64,000 bases of DNA from Octopus bimaculoides (GCF_001194135.2 NC_068984.1:43179728-43243727), one strand, 5' to 3'. Shown: positions 41,207 to 53,600, numbered from the stretch's first letter. Numbers and translations are program-made. The notes: generated from the letters alone by a model not told the origin.

Positions 41207-41811
41207 TGAATCTAAGACCAGTAGATTGCCCAATGCTCTAACAATTCTGCAAATGCAGTTTACAGTATTTGTTCCAATGAGTTCAAATCATACTGAGATC
41301 AACTTTGTCTCATACTTTCAGGGACAATAAATTAAAGGGGTAATATAACCAACTAACCTTTCCACTCAAAAAAAGTGGACCTTGTGCCTAATGAGAAATT
41401 ATAAAGGTGGGAGATTGAGAATCCTTAGAGTGATGCAAGGTGTTTAAATGGCTTCCTTTATATTCCGAGTTCAAATCTGAACACAATTTTTTTTTTTTTT
41501 TTTAGTATGCATTTTGGTGTTAAGATGGGCATCCAGCCATAGAAACTATGGCAAAGCAGACAGTAGAAAGTGGCAGTCTTCTGGCTCACCAGCTCCTGTC
41601 AAACAGTTCAACACATGCCAGTAAAGAAAGCTGGACATTAAATAGTGATGTGTGTGCGTGTGTGCGCGTGCGTGTGTACACACACACACCACCTGTATTT
41701 AGTAACTCATATATTGACCAAATGACTTCCGCAACTCCTAAAAGATGGAGAGCTTCAGTGGCCTTGAAAAAATTAATTTAAAAACAGCCCAACTAGATAT
41801 TAAAAAGCACT

Positions 41812-41977
41812 GAGTGGTTGGCATTAGAAAGGGCATCCAACTGTAGAAACTCTGCCAAATTAGATTGGAGCCTGGTGTAGCCATCCGGTTGCACCAGTCC
41901 TCAGTCAAATCGTCCAACCCATGCTAGCATGGAAAGCGGACATTAAACAATAATGATGATGATGATGATGATGATGA
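41812..41977 (+). mobile_element. Family B 3' tail, close relative of the 44075 copy
   Basis: Aligns base-for-base with 44126-44287 with scattered substitutions; ends in (GAT)n. A more decayed copy lies just upstream at about 41515-41645. Confidence 0.8.
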
Positions 41978-42494
41978 CTAACATACCACCAATTCTGCCA
42001 ATTCATTTCTGGATGAATTAGGTTTCTAGTGTAGGCACCAAATCAGTACTTTTGAAGGGAGCAATTTTGTCAATTACATTAAGCCTAGCACTAGATTGGT
42101 ATTTTATATTATTGACCCCAGATGGATGAATGATAAAGTTGGTCCCAGCAGATTTTGAATGCAAGGGATTTTATTTGACAAAGAATTCTGCTAATCTAAC
42201 ACCCTATAAGAATATTGTTTAGGATCTAATTTATGACTGTTCAAGGACAATGAGTAAGCCATGCAAAATGTGCTCACTTCACTGGTGGAAAGCAGCCTGA
42301 ATTGTGCATGTAAAACATGTTATTTCTTATTGTATACAGAATCAGAGATGACTGAGTTCTAGGTAGGTGCGGCATAACAAAAAAAACAAAAAAAAACCAC
42401 ATGCCATGTGAAGAGTGTGACATGTATAGCGACAGACCATGTAACTAGGAATTTGCTGAAGAGAGAGAGCACTTCATGACGAATATAAACAGAT

Positions 42495-42883
42495 AATAAT
42501 CATCATTTAATGTCTTTCAATGCTTGTATGGGTTGGATGTAGTTTGAGGATTTCTATGGCTGGTTACCTGTTCAGTTGCTAACCCTTACCTGTTTCTGAG
42601 CAAGGTGAATATTTCCCCATTGCGAAATATGTTCTGGTAGAACATTGGAAATAAATGACCTGTTTGTATGAGTGATCCTCTTTTACAACAATCATGCCAG
42701 GTCAACACAAAGTGACATACACACACACACACACACGCTTCTTTCAGTTTCCATCTACCAAATCCACTCACAAGGCTTTGATCAGCCCTGAGTTATAGAA
42801 GATACTTGCCTGAGGTGCCACAGTGGGACTGAACCAGGAAGTATGTGCTTGGGAAGCAAACTTCTTACCACACAATCATGCTT
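42495..42883 (-). mobile_element. Full-length tRNA-derived SINE, family A (tRNA head + CORE-like segment + microsatellite + LINE-like tail ending in (GAT)n)
   Basis: The minus strand reads GTGTGGTAAGAAGTTTGCTTCCC..GGTTCAGTCCCAC (A/B-box-like), then GGCACCTCAGGCAAGT, AAGCCTTGTGAGTGGATTTGGTAGATGGAAACTGAAAGAAG, (TG)n, and the tail CCAACCCATACAAGCA..GACATTAAATGATGAT. Confidence 0.75.
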
Positions 42884-43719
42884 ATGTATAGATGAGACGA
42901 AATTTAATCTAGTTTAAATTTAAAGTTTTCAATGGTAAAATATGTACAACTAAATATAATCAAGGGCATTCACCATTAAATGAAGTTACTCACTGATTTC
43001 TTTTAACAAGCTAGAAAAATCAATTTTTATAAAACCATAATGTAACCCATTTTATGTAATTAAACATCACCGACATACTTATTCCAATATCAAAAGCAAA
43101 AGAACAGGTGTTCTCTAACCGGATCTACCTCAATTATGGTCACAGCAAGAAGATACAGGTGTACAGAGCACAATGAAATTAAATACTATAACCTAGTGCT
43201 ATGCTGCCTCAGCCCTAATATAAAGTATTATCTCTTCTCTCTAGTTATCAGCACTCGCCATCCACCAAAACACCCATTTCTATCATCTTAAGTTATACCC
43301 CACCTTCACAATTCATGCTAAACATTTCTAGTTCTTCCTTTCCAAATATTTGACTGTAGAATTCTCTCCCTGCTCACATTTAACTTACAAACTAACCTAC
43401 GAAGGTTCACCATTAATCATTAAAGTTATAAATTTCAGAGAGCCTGCAAACTTTATACGTTTTGCATTTTCTTTACCTCATAATATTTTTAAAAATTTGT
43501 ATCTTTCATGGAATAAAACACTAAAATATTGAATCCTACTATCCTTTTCTTAGTTACAACAACCATCAAGGTTGCCCTCAATTATATTAATCCCAATATT
43601 TGACGAGCTGTCAGAAGGAAGAAAAGTGAAAAATTAGTCTAGTCAGAATTTGAACTCAGAACAGTCATTATTTGAACATCCACTTTTCTGTGCTTGCACA
43701 GGCGAGAAGGAATTCTTTG

Positions 43720-43895
43720 AAGCAGATTTTCTATGACCACAAGCTCTTCCTATCAGTAACCTTCAGTTTCCAAGCAAGGTAATATTTTTCCAAAGCAAAC
43801 ATGTTTTTCCAGAAGATTGGAAACTAACAACGCCACCTGTAAGATGGTGACATTTACAACTATGACAAAGACAAGGAGACACAAATACACACATC

Positions 43896-43900
<5 letters not shown>
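43720..43900 (-). mobile_element. Family A SINE 3' body, running into (TA)n and the assembly gap
   Basis: GCAGATTTTCTATGACC..TTTCCAAGCAAGGTAATATTT..AACATGTTTTTCCAGAAGATTGGAAA..GTCAAGACAAGG-like segment. Confidence 0.6.
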
Positions 43901-43942
<42 letters not shown>

Positions 43943-44074
43943 NNNNNNNNNNNNNNNNNNNNNNNNNNNNNNNNNNNNNNNNNNNNNNNNNNNNNNNNNN
44001 NNNNNNNNNNNNNNNNNNNNNNNNNNNNNNNNNNNNNNNNNNNNNNNNNNNNNNNNNNNNNNNNNNNNNNNNNN
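43943..44074. other. Assembly gap (about 132 N) following (TA)n
   Basis: N run. Confidence 1.
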
Positions 44075-44283
44075 TTTCGAGCGTGGCCGTTTTCGTGCGG
44101 GTGACACGTAAAAGCACCCACTCTCTGAGTGGTTGGCGTTAGGAAGGGCATCCAGCTGTAGAAACTCTGCCAAATCAGACTGGAGCCTGGTGTTGCCATC
44201 CGGTTTCACCAGTCCTCAGTCAAATCGTCCAACCCATGCTAGCATGGAAAGCGGACGTTAAACGATGATGATGATGATGATGA

Positions 44284-44287
<4 letters not shown>
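44075..44287 (+). mobile_element. Young RTE-type LINE/SINE 3' tail (family B) ending in (GAT)n
   Basis: GAGTGGTTGGCGTTAGGAAGGGCATCCAGCTGTAGAAACTCTGCC..CAAATCGTCCAACCCATGCTAGCATGGAAAGCGGACGTTAAAC(GAT)8; CpGs intact. Confidence 0.8.
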
Positions 44288-44322
<35 letters not shown>

Positions 44323-47129
44323 ACATGTATGCACACACAACAGGTTCTTTCAGTTTCTGTCTTCCAAACCTGAAAGGCTTTAGTTGGCCTAGAGCTATAG
44401 TAAAAGGTGCTATGCAAAGTGACATAACCACATACTATATGGCATGTCAAATGCTCTACTGATACTGCCAATCCATTCCCTCATGATAACTGTATACTCT
44501 CCTCCCACCACTTAATACTGAAATAAAGAGAAACCAGTTAACCATGCATCCATCTCACCAAACATAACCCATAAGGCTAACTAGACCATTCCCTTTCCAC
44601 ATCTGAAATGCTCAATTCTCTGAACTTAAAATTGGCAGGATAACTATTGGTAGAACATTGCACTAAATTTTTTTTAATTTAGCAATGTATTTCATTTTTC
44701 ATGAACCAGAAAGAAACATACCAGTAATATACTGAGTTACAATATCCTGTTCTGGTCCTAAGATAAAAATCTTGTTTGTATTGAAGTATTCATATTTCAA
44801 TTTAAAAACTTCCATTATAATATTGAAAACTTTCGTGCTCAACATTTGTTGAATAAAATTCAGAAATCCCTCCAAATTCTTAATTTCAAGATTCAAAATA
44901 CCTTTTTTTTTTTTAATAAAAAAATGGTCATGAAAAGTTTAAGATCACATTAATTGAAGCAATAGGTCATATATATATCAAGCAATGCTTACCATTAAAC
45001 TACAGTTATGTTGGAGACAGAGGGGTAAGAGAGCATATGGGAGTTGATTGTACAAAAATGAACTGAATATAATTGGATATCATAACTAAGTAACACTATA
45101 ACAATAGCAATATAAAGAAGTTATTCAAGGACCCTTTTGAAGCAAAATATTCTATTCTTTTAAAATTTAATTTTAGAAACAAAACTTAATTTTACTTATT
45201 TTCAACAACTTAATTCTATTCAAAATAACTATTCAGTCTGGTCTTGCTTTTAATTATACAATGCACATACAAATGATTCCATGTATCCAAATAAATCTAC
45301 ATCTGAGAAACACAAAGGGTAACCAATCAAATTCACACACACACACACAATTATTATTGTAATCAAAAACCAATTTCAATTCCAAATACACTATCTTTAC
45401 AAAAAATGTGTTTATGCTCCCATACATGTATTTGGTGTCGGTCATTGTAAAAAAAAAAAAAAACTAAAATCAGTAAATAACATTAGCTGAAAAAAGAATT
45501 ACAATGATGAAGTTGATAAAATCTTATTCAAAATTCAGAATAACTGTCTTTCAAGTCATCAAAACAGCTTGTCAAACAGTGAACAAAACTAAAAGCAATA
45601 CATATAGATGAGAAATAATAGGAAATAAGCTTTACTGAAAGAGAAAGGAGCTAAACAGTGGTAAAAGAATCTTGAAAAACTTGAATAGAATCAATCTAAT
45701 AAAAAGAATCCATCACTATAAGAAATGTAAGTGGAAAAATATTCAACACCTATATACAAATAAACATGTCATATACAAGCAGGTACACAAATACACCATT
45801 TTATGTTATGGCTCTATAGCTTGCTGAATCCTTTCAAACCATCCAGCACATACCAGCATGGAAAACAGGTCTGATGATGATTGTGTGTTTTTATATTTAT
45901 ATATATAATGTTCTAAAATTTGAGTACATAACTATCACCTGTCTCCTCCAGTCACTGTACCTTACCTCTGCCACTCAAAACACACTACCCTGCGCTCCTT
46001 TTCCCAGAATTGCAGCACTCTCATATTTCTGCTCCACCCATACAAACAGTGGCCTATATAGGTTCTAACTGAACACCAACAGCATAAATCTCACTAGTCT
46101 AAGAATTTGCAAAGGTCATGGGCACTTGTTGATTTTTTTTTTTTTTCTTTTTAAGTAAGACCACAAGCTTTTATAGAGCTGATTAAGGTTATCTTTTATC
46201 GCTACACTAAGAAGTAGTTACCAAGCATATTAGAGTTTAGTAACTTTTGACAGAGTAAACATGCTGAAGTCAAGCATATTTCGTTTTGTCTATTTAAAGC
46301 TATTGAAATGAGATTAACACAAATTTGTAGGGAAATTAACGGATCAACTACAACTCCTATAATGAGGAGTTGAAAAAAAAAATGGGATTAAAAAATAGTT
46401 CCCTGCACACACACATACAAGGAGATAAGCGACAAATAAAAATAAATTAATGACACATCAGATAACTGACATCAAAAGATGAAGTGGCAAGCCATGATAG
46501 AAAATTATGGGAAATGTGGATGCAAGAAAATATATAATCCAAACAATTGGTACAAAAGAAGTATGAATGCAATAATAGTGTGATGCAGGTTGAACAAACA
46601 TCAGCGAGCAAAATTTTTCAGTACTGGTTTCAAGCAAAAATAGCTGACACACCTACATTTCTCACAAGTTTAATGCAAATCTAGGCATGCATGGGAAAAT
46701 AGAAAGCAAAACGAAATTTTGATTTACTGGCATTAAAAATACTGAGCAGTTGCACTTTCATGACAAGAAAACTAGTTGGAATATAAAAGAACAGAGAAGC
46801 AGAGAAAAAAACAAAAGAACTTTAAGTCCAAACTTACTGAAATTACAAGAGGAGGGAGGTTTTCAGAACAAACTATAAGTGGAAAGTACTTCCAACAAAA
46901 TATATAACAATTAACAGCAGGGTTGTTAATGTTAAGAGTGAGGAAACTGTGTCTAGAGAGTTAGTTAAGATAACAAACAAAATAGGCCACCACAGCATAC
47001 AAATATGGAAGTATTGTCTTTGCAACAAATGTTTTTGATTAATGCTTTATAGCTATTTCTGTAAAAAAAATCTTACACTGGCATTGAGTTTTGAATTTTT
47101 TTGATATATGATACTTGTTTCTAGCTGGC

Positions 47130-47356
47130 TTAACCCTTTAGCATTCAAATTTCTGTCAAATTTAATACCTTTTTTTAATCACAATGTTTTGAATTAATCT
47201 CAGAGAATTATCTGAGTTTTGAGATTTTGATGTAATTGTTTATTTTTACAATGACATTGCAGGGTAGATGTGATAAGCAGAATCTGTTCATTTTAAACAT
47301 AAAACAAGTGGAATATTGGGGCTGGATATTGTCAGTTTTAAATGCAAAAGGGTTAA
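47130..47356 (+). mobile_element. piggyBac-type MITE (intact copy)
   Basis: TTAA-CCCTTTAGCATT ... AATGCAAAAGGG-TTAA: TTAA duplication at 47130-47133 and 47353-47356, with CCCTTT termini. Confidence 0.8.
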
Positions 47357-47700
47357 GAACTTTACTTCCCAACAACATGGTTTCAGCTTCAGTACCACTA
47401 GTGTCTTCTATTATTGTCCTTGGGCTAACCAAAGCCTTGTGAGCGAACTTAGAAGAACTGATTTAAATATGTGTGTTTTTGTCTCCTTACATTGACACCA
47501 TGTGAGAGTCGTAAACAAGTGTCACCATCATGTTAGGAGAGTCCATTTCCAATCTACCATAAAAACATGTCTGGTTATGGCTAAAATAACCTTACTTGGA
47601 AAGAGGAAGATTGATAACAGGAAAGACATCCAGTCATAGAAAATCCACCTCAACAAATTCCAGCCACTTTGTGGGCAAGGAAAAGTGGATGTTAAAAATT
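47357..47700 (+). mobile_element. Family A SINE copy abutting the piggyBac MITE
   Basis: CTTCCCAACAACATGG..GTGTCTTCTA..CCAAAGCCTTGTGAG..ATTACCTTACTTGGAAA..CATCCAGTCATAGAAA..GGAAAAGTGGATGTTAAA. Confidence 0.65.
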
Positions 47701-49148
47701 ATATATTTAAATATAAACCTCAAATACTCTTTTCTGTATAAATTTTCCCGATATTTTTCAAAGTTAACATCATTGAACAAACAGAAAAATATGTTAATAA
47801 GCTAGGCAGTTGACAGTTTTTAACTTGAAAACAGCAAAGTCTCTTGTTCATGGTCAATAGCTAATTTCCAGTAACCTAATTTAAAGTAGTGCAGATATAT
47901 TGTATCTTCGTAACACTGCAATCATTGATAAGAAATGAGTTCATTTGTTTAGTATCAGTTGTCTTGGAGTACTAGGCCCCTTGTACTCTATTTGTTCTGT
48001 TTTTGAACTTTAGAATACACAATGTGTGTGAATTATTAAAGTTTTCACATACAATGCTTGAAATATGGACATGCACATACATTTCTACTTACATCACCTC
48101 AATATCTCAAGAAAAAATTATTTCTTGACAGCTGAATTATTAAGATAGGCAATGCATTTGATGCAGAAAAATTTGATACGACTTTAAAACAAGTTTCTAC
48201 AGAAAGTTTACGCATTCAAATCAGTGAACTGTTATGATTAAAGCCGTTTACATAACTAATCAATAAAGTTTTATGACAGAAATAAAGAATTTCAATAATA
48301 AAGTATTTAAAAACAAAAGTTATCAGACTAAGAAATAGTATGAAGGTAAACAGATTAAGTTCTATATCTCAAAAAAACTAAGGATGTCTTCCCAAAAACT
48401 ACCATTTACAGTAAACAAAGCAAATGTTATCTTTGTGACAAAGACAACAAGCAATACAACATCCAAAGGCAAGTCAGATTCAACAAACACTAAAATAAGT
48501 AGCCATATTGAAACCAGAATTTCTTAAGTAGATTATGTTAGATGAGAAGGCATATGTTAAGATAAAAGCTGAATTACATAAAAATACAAGAGACATACTA
48601 ATAAAGTAATAGAGAGACTAGAAGACATGAAAGAAAATTAAGATGAAGAGCTCTTTCTAAGATAGGTTTATATTTTTTCTTAACTTCGTATTGCAGTTAG
48701 TGAACAGTGTTGTTGGTTACAAGTTTGAAACGGGTTAATCACTGGTCCCTGCATATCTTACAAGACTGATAAAGAAGTGTTTGTAACTTGGTGCAGAGCA
48801 AAATATCTGAAGAGATTTCATCCTTAAGCATTCAATTTTCTTACCAATGTCTACAATTTTGGCCGATTATATCAACCTAAATCTATGTTAGAAGCTATGT
48901 TCCCAAGTGGAATCAAACCTAGAACCATGTGGTTGTGAAGTACACTTAACCACACAACCATGCCTGCAACTCATGTAGAGGAACAAGTCATGAGAAATGT
49001 TTGTAATTCAAATGGGGACACAGAAACAAAAATGCTAAAGTTTTTAATATTTTCAGAGTAACTTACACATGAAATTTCGTTTTTGTATGTGGTTTGCAAG
49101 ATTCTTCATGTGAAATCGTGTGTTGAAGCATATTTTACTGTGTCTAGA

Positions 49149-49374
49149 GAGAGTCATTTTCTTTTAGTACCTTATTAATTTAACACACTCACTGGTCTGA
49201 TTTCCACTCATTTGTTATTTTTTACTAAAATTTTCATTGCGACTTGCAACTTTTTCAATAGCTGACTTCTGTAAAAGTTGCAAGTCATAACGAACATTTT
49301 AGTAAAAAATAATAAATGAATGGACATCAGACCAGTGTGTTAAATTAATAAGGCACTAAAAGAGAATGACTCTC
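49149..49374. repeat. Long inverted repeat (foldback), arms about 105 bp, 18-nt loop
   Basis: The left arm GAGAGTCATTTTCTTTTAGTACCTTATTAATTTAACACAC...GACTTGCAACTTTT (49149-49254) is the imperfect reverse complement of AAAAGTTGCAAGTC...GTGTGTTAAATTAATAAGGCACTAAAAGAGAATGACTCTC (49273-49374). Confidence 0.9.
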
Positions 49375-50379
49375 CCCAAACACAAAATTACACATGAAAG
49401 TACAACTGACAATATATCGGTTACAAAAACAATAGATTCTTAGTGTCACAGTACTTCAATTCAAGGGAAATAGTTTGTGTAATGTATGTTGCAGGGTTTG
49501 GTAATGCATGCTATTAAATCAGTTAACGAAATTAACATTAAATAAATATAACAGATTGCTCCAAACAAGTGTTTTATAAAATAAAATAAACTTTCTCAAC
49601 CACCTTTCATCTTAATTCATCTAGTCATGATGGGATGCAATTTTAACACTTTTTTAATAGAATGCATTTGGAGAAGTGACATCACCTAGATTTGAGAAAA
49701 ACTATTCCTGAAAAGCATAGACATGACTTTTCTTAAGACAGAATGGTAATTTTTCATAGTAAAGAGATAAGGTTACATTTTATGTACTATGTGCACAAAA
49801 ATTCAAAACAATATGCACAGTGAGTCATGCTGTAATATCTTAGTTTCAGCCTTCCTAACACTTTATCACTTGACAAAATGTACTGGATGCTTTTTTTCCT
49901 TTTCATGGCACCAGCACTAACGAAGTTGTCTTGCAACAAGAACGGACTAAAGAACATATCCATATACATGATGGGCTCTCATACAATTTTCCCTCAATCA
50001 CTTTCATTCATAAGACATACATCTGCCCAAGATGGAAACTCAAAACTTCAATATTATAAAGTCATACTGGTACTACTGTCCCAGAAGGCTGGCAACTAAA
50101 TTCTGACCTTGAGCAATTGAGATGACTTGGACAGAATAGCAGTCATGAAGAACAAGTAACTTTAGCAGTGGCTGTCAATGTCATACAGCTAAGTTATCTA
50201 AGATTGTGTAGAATAAAGTTTTCTGTGCAGACACATTCTAAAACAACTGCAGTGGGTCTGATCCCAACTGAATCTATCTTCAAAGAGAAACTGAATAATT
50301 TGAATATAATTATAAGCAATAATAATTTGAATATAATAAGCAAAAGATAATTCCTTTTGCAATAAAAAGCTTCAGTTAT

Positions 50380-50600
50380 GCCTTTAGGAAGTCGTTCTAT
50401 TTAGCCCCAGAGCAGCCCTAATCTAGTAGGCCAATGATCAAAAGCTATGATTATATCTTACTGTCAGACAAAGTATATCAAGGACTACACTATACAATGT
50501 AATCTTCCTTTTACTAAAGATGATAGTGTGTGGTTTCAAAGAGATTTGGCAACTATTTTGCTATTTCTAGAAGGGCAAGCAACTACATAATGACTCTCAG
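50380..50600. repeat. Unclassified dispersed repeat (motif GATTTGGC..CTATTTCTAG)
   Basis: Similar segments recur at about 2010-2190, 27160-27340, 33900-34090, 38610-38770 and 55720-55820, in either orientation. Class not determined. Confidence 0.4.
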
Positions 50601-53600
50601 TGGTTTGTATTGTCATGTGGTGATACATTTGACAGCAATACTACCTCAAATCTGGAAGATATTACTTCTCTACAAATATTCTTCTGGAGGAATGTTAAAT
50701 TACTAACAAATTATTCAAGTGTGAAATGTAGCTGAGAAAGTTTTGAGGGTATGTATAATCAATTATTTATTTGTTTTTTCCTTATTTGCAAGCTTTCCAA
50801 GACTGCTGTGATTAACATAGTGGAAGTCAAAGGCGGCAGAAAAAATGGACAAGGAGAAATTCCAGAGGAACAGCATTCTGAGTAGGAAAAACAAGCAAAA
50901 TAAATGGAGTGAGCACAGTATGAATAAAGATAAGCAAGACCAATGAGTCAAGAATGCCTGTGTGACAATGGTACACATCCAGGGAGAAGAGGCCACTCTA
51001 ATAGCAGTAGAAAAGTTAGCATGTCTGCCAGAATACGAAGTGTGTTGATAAACAACTTCATACCATAGGAAGTCTATTACAATATAAAAATAAACTTGTC
51101 TTTAAATATGTAGTCTGTTGTTACGTGCATGTATTTAGTTTTGGCAAAAAAAATCTATCTCAAAACAGAGAAATCAGAAAGGTAACAACTCTGGAAATTT
51201 ACTTGCTATCACTATTAGCATGGCTTAAAATGAAAACTCATTCAAGATGTTCTTTCGTTTTGAATACATCTCTTTTACTGGAAAGATCTACTTATTCACA
51301 AGTTGCATAATTCTTTGCTCTTAATCCTTGATCCAAATCACAAAATTCCATAGAAAGCCTGTGACTATCTCCATCATTGTTGCATTAACCAGATGAGAGA
51401 AACCGAAATAGAGGGCATTGATCCATCACAGGCAGTTTGTTCAATCAGAAGGAATTGAATTCAACATAGCAGGTCAATAAATCAGTAACCAATTTTAATG
51501 CTGCTATGTTTTCACAGCCAGTAGTTCTCAGTCAGACACCAGATCTCCCCACCAAAACTGAAGTTTTGGTACCTCCCTACCTCCAGTCTTTAATAAAAAG
51601 CGAAGTAGAATTTGCCTCCACATAATTCTTGATTTTACTATGGTGTTGGACACATTTAAAAAGTTTTAAGCATTATGAATTTTATTAAACGCAGTAATTT
51701 TATCCAGGCACACGATAAGAAACAGTGGACTAAGTCACTGAAAGTGAATACAGACACAAGTCAACATTGTATTGACTTAACTAGTGAGGGCTCCCACTTC
51801 GACACACAACCAAACTTTGACAAATCTAGTGTACCGAATATGTAGGTCATTCTCAAACATTTGATCAACGACTGTTCAAACAAGCTGAGTCCTCAACCTA
51901 ATCTGAAGAGATACCGGTATTTCCAAAAGGTAAAAATTTAGAGGAAACAGCGACAATAACCAAAAACAAAATGGTGAGAAAAAGCATTTTATGATTAATT
52001 TGTATCGGAGTGAACTATACAAATAATTTTCTATCATTTAAGTCAAAGAAAACTGTCACAACATGCATATTAATGCATATTTAGTAAAACAGTTTACAGG
52101 CGATACACAATGTTAAAGAATAAATAATCCGAATTATGTTTAAGAATGTTTATTGCAATGTCGGCAAAGTCAAAGTTCTTAAAGAGATTACAATCACTCC
52201 TAAAAGGGATCGTTCTCAGACAGCAAGAAGCCATTCTCAACAGCAAAATGAACGGGTCGAGTTTTTCAGCTTTAAAATTCGATAGGCAAATCCAAGAATA
52301 TTAAAAAGGAAAAACAGGTTAATTGGACCTAACGCTCAGTGCAAGTGTTAAATGGGAAAATATGAGTAGAAATAACATTTCAAGCATGGCTCTTCGTCGG
52401 ATAGAGGAAAGTGTCCAGAGAAGAGAGAAAAAGAAGAAGCAGTAGAGAGTCTGGAGAAAAGCACAGGTGTCGTAACATGGTCAAAAAGTACGATACCTTA
52501 GTGTTTTAAGAGGAGCACATTAAATAATGTAGTCCAATACATCCACCTGAAGATGGTATAGTTGAATCATAAGATGTATTCGATCACGGATGACAAGCGT
52601 AAAATTATTCGCCTGATCCGATGCCCAACAAGTCAAAAACTATTGAAATGAATTTTTTCTTCAAAGTTCGAAGAACCCAAGATTTCGTGCTGTTTTTTTT
52701 TGTTTTTTTTCGAAAAAGTTTATAAAATTCAATTGATCAATAAATAAATAAATAAAAAGGGGGGAACGACTTTTTGTGATAGACTGGTCCAAAATTAAAA
52801 CCAATTAAGAAAATGCTTCCGGTATACAAGATTTAATTTTAACAGAATTCCTAAACAGACAGTAAATGGTATGAGTATGCGGTGAGAATGAGTGATGAGA
52901 ACCTGGAGAACAGGTTAGTGGAGGGTCAAAGCGAATGTAGAAATAGGTCAACATGAAATTTGTATGAACTGAGAATTATGGAAACTTAAAAGAATGGCAC
53001 TGGGTGATGGTGATAGACAAGTCAGAGAGAGAGTAAGAGGGTGGGCGGCATCGAGGAAAAGTCTGAAGTTGTGAAAATATTCATCTTCAAAAAATGACGA
53101 ACAAGAGTTATACAATTCTCTACAGTCAAACGTCAGAAAAGAAAATTAGAAAAATTAATACAAAATTCTAAGAAAGAATAATGATAATTGCAGTTAGCTT
53201 TAATCATGACACTAAGATTTTCAGAAGAGGAATTGCAGAACCCCATTAAACAATGTACCTACTACCTACCTACTTTTAGTTCTCGCCTGAAAGAATGGGG
53301 GGGGGACCTTCCGGTTCTTAAAATACTTTAACAACAGTTGTCGAAAAGAAATTCTAAGCAAGTAGAACCGGAAAGTGGAATTGAACCTAAAGAATAGTGA
53401 AATAAAATGCTTGAGAAATAGAAAAACTATTTTAAATTTCAAATTGTTCAAAAATGTTAGCTATCCGGTTTTTAAAATTTTTTTATTTTTTTTTATTTTT
53501 TTATTTTTAATTGAAGAAAGTTTAAGTTTCGTTTTTAATGAATTCATTTTGTAAACTACATACTACCGAAAGTTATTTTAGAAACCGATAAAATTTTTCT

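Noticed and set aside
43753-44471. Several 65-148 aa ORFs around the gap
   Set aside because: Inflated by N runs and (AT)n/(GAT)n tracts.
53270-53380. 10-bp inverted repeat TTCCGGTTCT/AGAACCGGAA near a G run
   Set aside because: Too short, with no termini or TSD; may be chance or an unrecognised repeat fragment.
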